A stretch of DNA of 64,000 nt from positions 62,001 through 126,000 of the IMG/VR virus record IMGVR_UViG_3300044731_002337; one strand, written 5' to 3'. The notes beneath the pieces were generated by a model that saw nothing but the letters and a program-made list of their open reading frames with translations, was not told the DNA's origin and searched no databases. The position numbers were made by a program, and so were the translations under genes. Below are positions 52,638-62,791 of this stretch, piece after piece (within the stretch, counting starts at the first letter, position 1; every line of letters begins with the position of its first letter).

Positions 52638-53948
52638 TTATGCATTGACGGTAACTTCGGTGGTAGTAGTGGTTTTACGACGCTTCTTCTTAGGGGCAGT
52701 GGAGGCTTGTCTTTTAGACGATTTGGCTTTGGTATTGGTAGTCGACTTGGTACGTTTGGGTTTAGTACTACTACTCTTGGCACGTGTTGACTTGACTGCT
52801 GGTTGTTGTTCCTCGGTAGTGGTTTCAGTGGAATTACCTTCAGTAGGGGGTTCACGACGTTTACGAGTTTTGACAACTGGAGGTGGAGGAATGGGAAGGC
52901 CTCTAGTAAGAGATTCAAAGTCTTGACCACGTTGATTGCACCATTCACGTAGAACTTCTAATTCGGCATTGTAAGCAGCTCTTTCCTTTTCTTCTTGTTG
53001 TTTGAAAGGTAAACGTTCTGCATCATTCAAAGTACCCCAATTCGGGCCATTAGGATTAGCGCTAGCATACAGATAATGTGCCTTGGTAGGTGTTTTAGGG
53101 ATTCTGGGTTGTTGTGAATAATATGCTGCGCGAGCTCTTTCATATTCTTCCTTGGCTAGTCTAGCGGCTTCTTCATAGGGTCTCTTTTGTTCAGGTGTCA
53201 TGGCTTTCCAAGCTGCACTAGGTTCACCCGAGAGAATGGGGCCTTTTACTGGCTGTCCTCCATTCTCGACATTGACCTTGTTTTGCACCCTCTTGTCTTC
53301 AAAAAAGGATCTCATGAACAATTGTCGTGCAATGATGGGTTTTTGTGGCTCATTGGCGCTTCTAAGACCAGACTGAATGTAGGAAAAGTTGTTCTGATAC
53401 TCGCGTAGTACAATATCACAAACTGGTTTGGGGACATTTCGTACACACTTCTTTTTGCGAATGAATAGGTAGCAAGGGCCATTAATGACTGCCACACCCG
53501 GTTCAATGAATAAAGGTTGTTTGGGTTTGTTGGGTGTGTATTCAACTTCTACGCCATTAACCTTCTTCTTTTGTGGTTCGGGTGCAGGTGCTGATTCCCA
53601 TGCATGCAACAACTCTTCATGAATTGCCTTATTGTGTGTGATGAGATGGGTGGCCATTGGATTCACAACATTCAATAGTGGGTTATTGGCTAGGACTTTG
53701 GGGTTCATGGAGACAATGGTACCAAATGAAGTCTTGGTGAAGACGTGATTATAACTGTTCAAGTCATAACGGGGCCACATACAGGTGAGATTGGCAATAA
53801 AGTTTTGGGGGTTATCACATTTCTGACTAATTACGCTAGGCGCTCGAAACAATGGAATCTGAACTACAGTTGAACGAAAACCACCAGACTTGGACTTGGA
53901 ACGACTCGCTTTACTCGAAGATACAACAGCAGTAGTAGTAGTAGACAT
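52638..53948 (-). CDS. Tandem HMG-box protein with basic Ser/Thr/Lys tail
   Basis: KPIIARQLF...AWKAMTPEQKRPYEEAA..KEEY, and PKTPTKAHYLY..NWGTLNDAERLPF..KERAAY; PKKKRRK NLS-like motif. Confidence 0.75.
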   Translation of the reverse strand: MSTTTTAVVSSSKASRSKSKSGGFRSTVVQIPLFRAPSVISQKCDNPQNFIANLTCMWPRYDLNSYNHVFTKTSFGTIVSMNPKVLANNPLLNVVNPMATHLITHNKAIHEELLHAWESAPAPEPQKKKVNGVEVEYTPNKPKQPLFIEPGVAVINGPCYLFIRKKKCVRNVPKPVCDIVLREYQNNFSYIQSGLRSANEPQKPIIARQLFMRSFFEDKRVQNKVNVENGGQPVKGPILSGEPSAAWKAMTPEQKRPYEEAARLAKEEYERARAAYYSQQPRIPKTPTKAHYLYASANPNGPNWGTLNDAERLPFKQQEEKERAAYNAELEVLREWCNQRGQDFESLTRGLPIPPPPVVKTRKRREPPTEGNSTETTTEEQQPAVKSTRAKSSSTKPKRTKSTTNTKAKSSKRQASTAPKKKRRKTTTTTEVTVNA

Positions 53949-54019
53949 CTTTTTTCTTCTTTTTTTTTCTTTAGGGGTAAAAAGTCAACAAGACCTTTAG
54001 AAGTAAACGCGTTTATGCA

Positions 54020-55225
54020 TCAATGACAAGTGCCAAAAATGTAATCGGAAAAGATTTCAAAGTGTCTCTTGAACCGAGGATTACTTTTACGACTAGTGTA
54101 GGCCAATTCAATAAGTTGTAATTGGAATCTTCCTTGGACTGTATTGTACCATGAAAAGGCGTCTTCAGGTAAGGAATTGAGAATAACGGATACATCACGT
54201 AAAGCTACTTGAGCTATAGTGGTAATAATTTCATAACGTTTGTTTGTCTTAATAATTCGTTGTGGTTCAGGAATGTTTTGCTGTAATTCTTGAGTGAAGA
54301 TAATGCATACTCGATATATGAAGAGAATGGTACTCCATTTATCTTTTTGCTCTAAATTGTTAAAAAGTTCACTGTTCATCCATTCCGTAACTTGGTTTTC
54401 GATTGGAGTTCTTTCTTCTATATTCTTTAAATTGTTCTTGTCTGGTCCTAAAAACCATTCGTAATATGGGTATACATATTTATTGAATTTTTTTGTAATC
54501 CACCACGAGTTTGAATCACTATTATCACCGTCCACAACAGGCTGTGGGTCGTTAGCATGCCTTACAAATTCTTCAATGAACTTGTTAATCTTTTCTATGA
54601 CCAATTCTTTAGTAGTCGAAAATGTAGGGATAGGATAAGCTTCATGTAATCGAGTCAAAAACTCTTTAGGATGTTTCTTGTAAATAGAAATGACTTCTTT
54701 GATTTGATCTGAATCCCATGACATTTCTTGGATTAAATCCCATTGAGGTGAATCAGAACATTCATGAAGCTCTGGATAATATGGTTTCATCATTTCATCT
54801 GGCCATAAGTTATATCTACCTGCTGAAAATGGGTCACCTTTGTATTTGGTGCTTAGCAACCCCCACTTAATAAGCCAAGAAGTAAACACATAATTTTTCT
54901 CCGCGTTTTGCTTTGTTTCAGGATGACTTCGTGTCCGATTAGTTACCCATTGAGAATGAATTTGTTTTAATGAAGTTGCAAAATCCACGCCTAATACTTT
55001 TTGCTCTTCTTCATTACGAAAACATGGTGGCTCATATGTACTGGGTAAATTAAAGTTGGGTCTATTTTGATCATCACGTATGGTTAAAGGAGCAACATAT
55101 AATGGTTTACGCACTTGAAATACCTCTACGGGTAAAGTCATTGTATCTACATTGGATCCAGATAAAGAATTGTTTATATCATCTATGGGCGGTGGCGAAC
55201 TAATAGTAAAGTGAAAACGTTTCAT
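54020..55225 (-). CDS. Hypothetical protein
   Basis: 401-aa ORF; no family recognised. Confidence 0.7.
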   Translation of the reverse strand: MKRFHFTISSPPPIDDINNSLSGSNVDTMTLPVEVFQVRKPLYVAPLTIRDDQNRPNFNLPSTYEPPCFRNEEEQKVLGVDFATSLKQIHSQWVTNRTRSHPETKQNAEKNYVFTSWLIKWGLLSTKYKGDPFSAGRYNLWPDEMMKPYYPELHECSDSPQWDLIQEMSWDSDQIKEVISIYKKHPKEFLTRLHEAYPIPTFSTTKELVIEKINKFIEEFVRHANDPQPVVDGDNSDSNSWWITKKFNKYVYPYYEWFLGPDKNNLKNIEERTPIENQVTEWMNSELFNNLEQKDKWSTILFIYRVCIIFTQELQQNIPEPQRIIKTNKRYEIITTIAQVALRDVSVILNSLPEDAFSWYNTVQGRFQLQLIELAYTSRKSNPRFKRHFEIFSDYIFGTCH

Positions 55226-55410
55226 GTGGTTGTTGCTTTTTTTTTCTATTAGGGGTCATGAATTGCATATTCCTCACCTTCATTAAATAATGTAAAATAA
55301 TATCGAAAACCAATTTGTATAGCTAAAAATGTACATGCAAAGATAAAATATAACCAAAACATTGGAAAATGAGTTTTTTTTTTGTTTTTTTTATGATGAT
55401 TCTTATTTCA

Positions 55411-57729
55411 TTATCGCTGCATATCAACTAATGCTTTGATGGCTGATTCTTTGGCTTGAATGTGTTTTCTCATTTCTTGACGACATTCATTCTTATCTTG
55501 ATTACGGGCATCATCTGTGTCACGTAAACGGTTAGTGAGATCCACAATCTTTTGTTGTAATTCTTTTATGGTAATTTCTTGTTGGGTAATTGATTGGGTA
55601 TGTTGAGCCACTAATGAATTCATATTGCGTTTTTCCTCATCATGAAGTTTCATGAGATCTTGGATGCGTCGATCTAGTTTATCTTGTTCTAGATGTGCTT
55701 CTTTTTGGGCGGTGGAGCATTTCTTGAGAAGTTCTTGCATCGAGGCTTTTTCAGATTTGGATTGAGTGGTACTAACTTGTAACGTGGAAATGGTATTTTT
55801 TAATTCCTTGATTTCAGCTAGATATTGGGATACTTTTTCCTTTTCCGTGGTTAGATCTTGTTTGATGCGGTCAGCATGTTTATGAACTAATTCGCTTTCG
55901 GCAAGTTTTTTGCGTAATGCATTATAATTGGTTTGGACGGAGGAGAGTTTAGTGTTGACATGTTTCAATTCATCGGCTGATTTCTTTTCGAGGGCTGCGA
56001 TTTGTTGATCACAGGTAAGACCGGTCTTGGTCGATACTAATAAGTTGCTTCGTAGATTTTCGACTTGAGCTCGAAGTTTCGACATTTCAGCAGATGCTTG
56101 ATCCCGTTCTTGCATCATACGTTGAGATTGAGCTGATGCGTCACTGGCTTTCTTACGGTAGGTTTCGACTTCACTCTTCGCCTTGGATCGAATTCCTTCA
56201 ATAATGGCATCATGAAATTTGGCCTGTTGTGCTACTGCTTCCAATTCAGACTCTTTCGTTTTCACTGCATCTTGATATTCTTCCAATTTACGTCGGGCAT
56301 TGGTAATGTCCTTTTCCATAGCATGCATACGTTCAGTGAGTTTAGTAATACTAATACGATCGAGTTGACGTTGATCATTCATAGCATCCTTCATATTTTT
56401 CATTTCCGTTTCTTTGGCTCGAATCAAGGCTTCCTTGTGTGCTAAATCTTGAACTGCATCGTTTTTGCTTCGACGCAAGTTTTCGACTTCATTATTAAGT
56501 TTGACCATGGCTTTTTCGTGCTTGGTGCGAAATTCAGCTTCTAATCCAACCCGCATATGGTTCAATCGTTCTGACTCGTTGGATTGCATGCGTTCAAAAC
56601 GTTCTTTATGGTATGCACTCTCAGCGCGGGTGGATTCCAGTTCTTGTCGAAGTTGGATGAGGTTCGCTTCCTGTTGAAGATTAATGCGCTCGAGTTCGGT
56701 CTTGAGTTTTTCATTTTTTTGGATGAGATCATTGTATTGGGAGACCTTGTTATTGTACATGCCTCGAATGGTATCTGCTTCCATTTTGCTCGTCTTGACT
56801 GATTGTTGCAATGTATTATTACTGGATTCCGTAATATCGAGTTGTTTGAGATGGAGGTTGGTGAGTTGAGATTGGACCTCTTGATATTGTTTCTTCCAAT
56901 TTTCAGAAGTGGTTTCTGTTTTTTTCAATTCTTGGGTAAGGTTCTCAATGATGATTTTCAGTTTGGATACAGTGATGTGTTCTACTCCCACAATAGCATT
57001 CACATGTTTGGCATCCACATTGGATTTTTTCAAGAGTTCTGTCGTTTCAAATAGATTTTGTTCGAGAGATGCAATTCGACGTTTCAGTTGAGTCTCTAAA
57101 GGGGATGACTTGGAATTACCACGTTGTTTATATTCCTCCTCAATCTTGCGTATATTTTCATCATACTGAAGTTTCTTTTGATGTAATTGTTTCATGTCTT
57201 CATCTTGTTTAGCAATGTCTTGTTCGAGTAGTTGTATTTGTTTACGTACTTCTTGTGTATGTTGAACTTCAGATTGCAATTGTTCCTGTACGAGTTTTAG
57301 TTGTTTGCTTACGGCTGCAATGTATTCTTCTGTACCTTGAGTCATTTTACTGAGCTTCTCATTACCATGATTGACTTCACGTGCGAGACGTTCAGCTTCT
57401 TGGGTATTACGTTGATCAATAGCCTTGATGGCTTGTAATTGGGCTTTAAATCCTTTCTGATTAAATACCTCTTCATAGTTAATGTCATCTGCATTTGGTA
57501 AAGCCGCTACCAGGGATTTAGATAGAATGTGTTGTAAGATTTGTACATGTTTGGGATTAGTGGTATCTTTGAGATGTTGATGTAAGAGAGTGACTACTTT
57601 TTCCTTATCTTCAATAGATAAATGTGGTAATATAGGTTCGGCTTCAGCTAAATCATTCCACATGACTTCAGGTGCAGCACGTGGTTGCAAAATGGTTAAG
57701 AGTGCTAGTAATTCTGAAGTAGTTTTCAT
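55411..57729 (-). CDS. Long coiled-coil protein
   Basis: 772 aa, almost continuous heptad-like E/K/Q/L sequence after a short N-terminal domain. Confidence 0.8.
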   Translation of the reverse strand: MKTTSELLALLTILQPRAAPEVMWNDLAEAEPILPHLSIEDKEKVVTLLHQHLKDTTNPKHVQILQHILSKSLVAALPNADDINYEEVFNQKGFKAQLQAIKAIDQRNTQEAERLAREVNHGNEKLSKMTQGTEEYIAAVSKQLKLVQEQLQSEVQHTQEVRKQIQLLEQDIAKQDEDMKQLHQKKLQYDENIRKIEEEYKQRGNSKSSPLETQLKRRIASLEQNLFETTELLKKSNVDAKHVNAIVGVEHITVSKLKIIIENLTQELKKTETTSENWKKQYQEVQSQLTNLHLKQLDITESSNNTLQQSVKTSKMEADTIRGMYNNKVSQYNDLIQKNEKLKTELERINLQQEANLIQLRQELESTRAESAYHKERFERMQSNESERLNHMRVGLEAEFRTKHEKAMVKLNNEVENLRRSKNDAVQDLAHKEALIRAKETEMKNMKDAMNDQRQLDRISITKLTERMHAMEKDITNARRKLEEYQDAVKTKESELEAVAQQAKFHDAIIEGIRSKAKSEVETYRKKASDASAQSQRMMQERDQASAEMSKLRAQVENLRSNLLVSTKTGLTCDQQIAALEKKSADELKHVNTKLSSVQTNYNALRKKLAESELVHKHADRIKQDLTTEKEKVSQYLAEIKELKNTISTLQVSTTQSKSEKASMQELLKKCSTAQKEAHLEQDKLDRRIQDLMKLHDEEKRNMNSLVAQHTQSITQQEITIKELQQKIVDLTNRLRDTDDARNQDKNECRQEMRKHIQAKESAIKALVDMQR

Positions 57730-57791
57730 AAAGTTTTATTTCTTTTTTTTTTATTGGTAATGCAAGGTAAAATATTTTATACAAATTGGAC

Positions 57792-59203
57792 TTACTTTAT
57801 TTTATGAAATGATTTGAGTAAACGTTTATGTCTTCTATCATAGATACGATTAGCCAAGTCATTCTTATATACTTCAGCTAATGGTTTAGTGTACTCGCGA
57901 AGATTAATAGGGGCAGCATTAAATTCTACAGTTGGCATAAAGGCTTCAAATGCAATGGTCTTTGGTGGTGGTTGTGGTGGTGTTACATCTATTTCTTCTA
58001 TGTGAATGGGTGTTGTAGTGTCTTCTATGGTTAGGGTTGAGTCAGGGGAATTTGTTTTTTTTTTAAGAGGGACGAGGGCATAGAATCGATGATGGCACTG
58101 CTGTTACGTTTTTTGAATTCATTCAGGGTAGCTTCCATAGCCGCAATAGGAGTTGCATCTGAAGCAAAAGAAGCATCAGAATCATCTGGTTCTTCTACGA
58201 TAGAGGCCATTCTTGGTTTGGGACGTTTTTCTTCCATTTCCTTTTCATGAGATTTACGGAAGACGCCAACGATGCTACTTCCCATATTAAACACGGGTGA
58301 GTCAAAGATGGAGCCGCGAATGTATTGTCCAAGTTCATCAAAAGTTGATCTATTCGTGGGTTCTTCTACAAATTCTTTCATAAATTCAGGAAGATATTTC
58401 GTGCCCATACTCGTAATGTGGAAACTGTTCAATGCGGTTGTTGCAAGTGCTGTAGTGTTTAATAAAAGTCCTTTGATTTTGGTGTATTGTAAATCGTCCA
58501 ATAAATTATCTTGTTGATAGAATTTACTGATTTCTTCTGGGGGCATATGTCGTTCAATGGTGGTCTTGACAATGGGTGGGAAATTATGTTTCTGCTGTTT
58601 ATTCATCTTCATGTTTTGAAATGCCTCATTAACTGCAATAGGTAATACGTGATCAGGTACAATTTGCATGGACTTGATCGTTTCTTCAATGGCAGCACGT
58701 AATTCATAATCATCCATTTCTGGTTTTTCCTGTGGTGGCTGTGGTGGCTGTGGTGTGAGTGGAGCTTCACCTGGTTCACTATGTCGATGACGGGAACGAT
58801 GGTGACGTCTAGGTTTGGACATGGATGAAGCCGAGGAAGAAGAAGCAGAAGAAGAGGAAGAACGAGATGGTTTACCACCTGATCGATAGGATTCAGTGGT
58901 AGCTACAGAACGTTTAGATTTTTCTAGAGCAGGTGGAGATGATAAATCGTCATTTTCTGAATCGGAGACGGCATATTTACCTTTCCCAATACGACGTTTA
59001 GATAGAACAATTTGATTCGTTTTGGAACGACGTGATGATAGAATAGGTTGTTGTGGTTGTTGAGGTGTTGAAGTGTTGACAGGAGCATATTGTTTTAATA
59101 ATTCTTGATATTTGTTTTTGGGTAAGGGTGGTGCTTTAGTGGCACTTCCATCAATACAATTTTGGAAACATGAATCATTGCTACTACCTCCATCTACAGA
59201 CAT
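57792..59203 (-). CDS. Ser/Arg/Pro-rich hypothetical protein; annotated ORF 58031..59203 probably continues in another frame to 57792
   Basis: An open frame of about 88 codons (..SPDSTLTIEDTTTPIHIEEIDV..LLKSFHKIK-stop) begins at an A10 run (58055..58064) just before the annotated stop. Confidence 0.6.
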
Positions 59204-59357
59204 GTTTTCTATTTTTTTTTATTTCCAACTATTGATTTTTTTTTCACATAAAGTGATAGGGGATACGCGCTTGTAGGTAGCAGATGATTAAATATCATGC
59301 ATGTTTTTTTTTCATTTTCATCCTTGATTTATAGAAAGAAAAAAAAGAAAAGGAAAA

Positions 59358-60227
59358 ATGGTGAAATCACAGGATATCATTCCAGACTTAAAGGATGCTA
59401 AAAAGGTATCTTTACAACAAGAGCTATTTATTACGAATGTAAAGTTTTGGTTATTTGTGAGTATAGTCTTGGCGGTATATTCCACTTTTTTGGTAACTTG
59501 GAATTTCTTTTTCCAGCATTTTGCACCGCATAGTGAGTTTGAAAGTGTCAAGAATAATGTATCATGGATAAAGCCTGGAGATTCCAAGACAGTAGCACCT
59601 TATGCCCGATTACAATTAGCGCAAGGTGATGTGAATAGTGGGTGGCTATTAGAACAATCAGGTTTGTTATACAATAGTTTTACTAAGCGTTGGTATTTTT
59701 ATGAGGGTGACGAGCCATTTCAAGGGACGGTACCTGTAAAGTTGGGTGATGTGTCATGTAAGAATCTAGAAGTGGAGGATGTGATAATCAAAGGTATGTT
59801 AACTTTGCCTGATGGAATCAATGTAGGTGGTAGTAGTGGATATGATGGTACTAATTTAATTCCTTCTGTATCGAATACTTATACTTTGGGATCATCAAAC
59901 TTCCAATGGTTACGAATTTGGGGGTCAAATTATGAAACGTCTGATATAAGGTTAAAAAAGGACATTAAGCCATGTTCATTAGGGTTGGATTTTGTATGTA
60001 AGTTGAATCCTATTGAGTATAAGATGAAAGGGGTAGATGAGGTCAAGTTGGGGTTGAGTGCTCAGGAGGTAGAGACATTGGTAGGGGCAGGTTTGAGTAT
60101 GGTCCAAAAAGATGAACAGGGATACTATAGTGTCAAGTATACCGAATTGATTGCACCTTTGATAAATGCCGTGAAAAACTTATCGGAACAAGTGGAACAA
60201 TTAAAGTTCAAATTGAATGCATTGTAA
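59358..60227 (+). CDS. Membrane-anchored fibre-like protein with C-terminal peptidase S74 (intramolecular chaperone) domain
   Basis: LIPSVSNTYTLGSSNFQW, TSDIRLKKDI (Ser/Lys dyad), LNPIEY, GLSAQEV, VKYTELIAPLINAVK plus coiled coil; N-terminal TM. Confidence 0.85.
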   Translation: MVKSQDIIPDLKDAKKVSLQQELFITNVKFWLFVSIVLAVYSTFLVTWNFFFQHFAPHSEFESVKNNVSWIKPGDSKTVAPYARLQLAQGDVNSGWLLEQSGLLYNSFTKRWYFYEGDEPFQGTVPVKLGDVSCKNLEVEDVIIKGMLTLPDGINVGGSSGYDGTNLIPSVSNTYTLGSSNFQWLRIWGSNYETSDIRLKKDIKPCSLGLDFVCKLNPIEYKMKGVDEVKLGLSAQEVETLVGAGLSMVQKDEQGYYSVKYTELIAPLINAVKNLSEQVEQLKFKLNAL

Positions 60228-62748
60228 TGGAAGCATAGGACCAATATATAGCATCGCCGTTTCCACTATTATTAAAACCGACATTACTTGGGGCATCCCA
60301 ACTTTGGTAATATAAAAATAGTTTATCACCAGGTACCATAGATGAAGCACCACATAAGTGAAAATTTTTGTTACCTTGGCCGTCTATATCTATAACCCCC
60401 ATAGAAATAGGAAGCCTGTTTGTTGTAGTATATTGGTTTTTCATGAACATCCATCGTAATCTGTGGTCAGCATCATCGGTCCTTCCTTGTAATGCTATAT
60501 CAAAGTCGAAACGGTAATAGCCTTCTGACGATACCTGTAAGCAATTGTCATAGTCTCGCCCAATTCCAGTCATGAAATTGGTATCGTCGTGAGGTACATT
60601 TTGAACAGTAATTAGTGCATTATTGCCGTATGTTTGTTGATGCGTGAATCCAAGCTCTGGAGTACCACCTGACAGACTAGTGTCTATATTTCGAATACAA
60701 AACACTCGCCACTTATCATTACTACTCGTGGCAGGGTTTTCGGTATTGAGAAGCGCCCGTATGTTGTCGGTAATACCTGCTGTCCAATTATATCCGGAAA
60801 TAAATCTTGTAAAAAAAGCTCGGGTAGCAAATGGCTCACCATTGTATCTAATGGTTTTCCTTACGGTTGAAGTACCAACTTCCAAATCGTCATTATGAAT
60901 TTGTACTCCACTATTATTCCACCTCATAATATCTTTAGATGTGGTGGAGAGAAGTCCACCTAGGTTACCTTTGATTTTAGGACCATCGACACTCGCATTA
61001 AAGGTAATCTCATGATTGGTGTCACCTGAACTTCCTAGCCGTATAGCACCAGATTGGTAATAAAAACTCTTTTCACCATTTTCCTGAACCTTCATTACAA
61101 AGTTATCATCCCTGTTTGTGATGTTCAGTGCTCTGTTTTCACGTAGAGGGATAAGCGTATTGACTGGTGTAATGGGACCACCATTTGATTTACATATGCG
61201 TATATTGGTAATGTCCTGTGTCGTTGCGTTACCACCACTCCATGCCCCAAATCCATAATAATCGTTATTCACGGACAGTTCACGACGGATATCTGTGTAT
61301 GGATAAAACGCCGGAACTATGAATTCATTTAGAGTTACCCAAAATTGATTCATGCAAAATATGATCTTGACACGAATCCAAGCATTACTGACAAGTGCTA
61401 ACTTAGGGTTATCTTGAGGTAAATCAGTGGTTCTTAACCATTGTCCATCCCAAAACAGTTGTAGTCTATCAGTAGTATTATCATTAAAAATATTAATAAA
61501 TAACGCATAGCCTCCTAATCCATAATCGGCAACCATATTGCTGGGCACGTTTCTTTGATTGAACATGAACCAAATACCATCAGCCATGTTTATATCGCCA
61601 AAACGAACGTCAAATTCTACCGTAAAGGAGTTTCCTGGATGACCTCGATAAATGAGTTGACCGGTTTTGTTTGATGTCCCAGGGACCAGTCGAATATATC
61701 CTGATTCTTTAGTTGCATGCCCTTGAACATAACCTGCCCGTAATGTAGGGCCTACTCCATCTTCCATTAGCATCACACTATTATAGGCACTTGGATTTAA
61801 AGGGGTATCTAATGCAGAATTACTTGATCCTTTAATCATCATTGTACCTACTACAGTGGTAGTTGAAGCACCATCACTAGTACCCATATTCACATTCCCA
61901 ATCAAGCGTGTATTCCCTGTAATTTGAGTATCTCCATTACTGGCAATGGAGAGTAAGGTGGTGGTATTGGATCCAATGGTGAGTGATGTGTTATTGGTGT
62001 GAAGATACCATTGACTACCCCATCTCAAATTGCCATTACTATGAACCGTGAATTGGGGTACTGTCTCTTGACAACATTGTAAAAACGGCGATGTATTACT
62101 ATCTTGGGCTAGGCGAATGCATGGTGAAACCCGTGAAGCAGTGGTATGAGTAAATAAATCCAAGACAGGTTTATCATAATACGAATGGAATATATGGGAT
62201 CCATCACCTGTTACACGATAGGTAGAGGCTTGATTACACATTAAATTTACAAAACAACCATTCAAAGGATCAATTTGTGTTTCGGTGGTTAAAGTGAGCA
62301 TAGATGTATTTCTGAGTTCGGTTGCAAATGATTTGAGAAAGATGAATGGTGAAGATAAACTATGTTCGATACGTAAAGTAGGGTCCTTTGTGGAGAAGGA
62401 TAGTATTGTATCGCCAATGGATAAGGATTCCTTCAAGTCTATGGAGTTGTATTGAATGCTATCTTTATCTAAATCAATACGTAAATCGATAGGTACGACT
62501 TGAAAGGCAGCATTCACACCTAATAGACGGTTACCATGTGTTGTGTTGAGAGTAAGGTTAGAGGTAGTAATCGATTTAAATGCGACATTATCTGTTGAAC
62601 TTAGGAATTGATCTGATTGGCGAAGTATTTCAAATTGTTTGTGTGTAAGGTCTTGTGTAGTATTGGGTCTGAAAAAATTCCATGATACCATAGTTGCTGC
62701 ATAAATAGCTATAATGGCTACAATAAATAAAGAATATTTATCATACAT
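60208..62748 (-). CDS. Membrane-anchored fibre or adhesin-like protein with a ConA/L-type lectin-like domain
   Basis: N-terminal TM; beta-rich Gly/Asn/Thr repeats; YIRLVPGTSNKTGQL..SFTVEFDV..ADGIWF lectin-like segment. Confidence 0.6.
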   Translation of the reverse strand: MYDKYSLFIVAIIAIYAATMVSWNFFRPNTTQDLTHKQFEILRQSDQFLSSTDNVAFKSITTSNLTLNTTHGNRLLGVNAAFQVVPIDLRIDLDKDSIQYNSIDLKESLSIGDTILSFSTKDPTLRIEHSLSSPFIFLKSFATELRNTSMLTLTTETQIDPLNGCFVNLMCNQASTYRVTGDGSHIFHSYYDKPVLDLFTHTTASRVSPCIRLAQDSNTSPFLQCCQETVPQFTVHSNGNLRWGSQWYLHTNNTSLTIGSNTTTLLSIASNGDTQITGNTRLIGNVNMGTSDGASTTTVVGTMMIKGSSNSALDTPLNPSAYNSVMLMEDGVGPTLRAGYVQGHATKESGYIRLVPGTSNKTGQLIYRGHPGNSFTVEFDVRFGDINMADGIWFMFNQRNVPSNMVADYGLGGYALFINIFNDNTTDRLQLFWDGQWLRTTDLPQDNPKLALVSNAWIRVKIIFCMNQFWVTLNEFIVPAFYPYTDIRRELSVNNDYYGFGAWSGGNATTQDITNIRICKSNGGPITPVNTLIPLRENRALNITNRDDNFVMKVQENGEKSFYYQSGAIRLGSSGDTNHEITFNASVDGPKIKGNLGGLLSTTSKDIMRWNNSGVQIHNDDLEVGTSTVRKTIRYNGEPFATRAFFTRFISGYNWTAGITDNIRALLNTENPATSSNDKWRVFCIRNIDTSLSGGTPELGFTHQQTYGNNALITVQNVPHDDTNFMTGIGRDYDNCLQVSSEGYYRFDFDIALQGRTDDADHRLRWMFMKNQYTTTNRLPISMGVIDIDGQGNKNFHLCGASSMVPGDKLFLYYQSWDAPSNVGFNNSGNGDAIYWSYASITMHSI

Positions 62749-62791
62749 TTAGTTTTGTTTTCTATCTCTTTTTTTTTTATTTGTGATTGGT

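Noticed and set aside
58025-58073. 49-nt intron with GTCCCT donor
   Set aside because: Weak donor, and its phase does not reach the open downstream frame.
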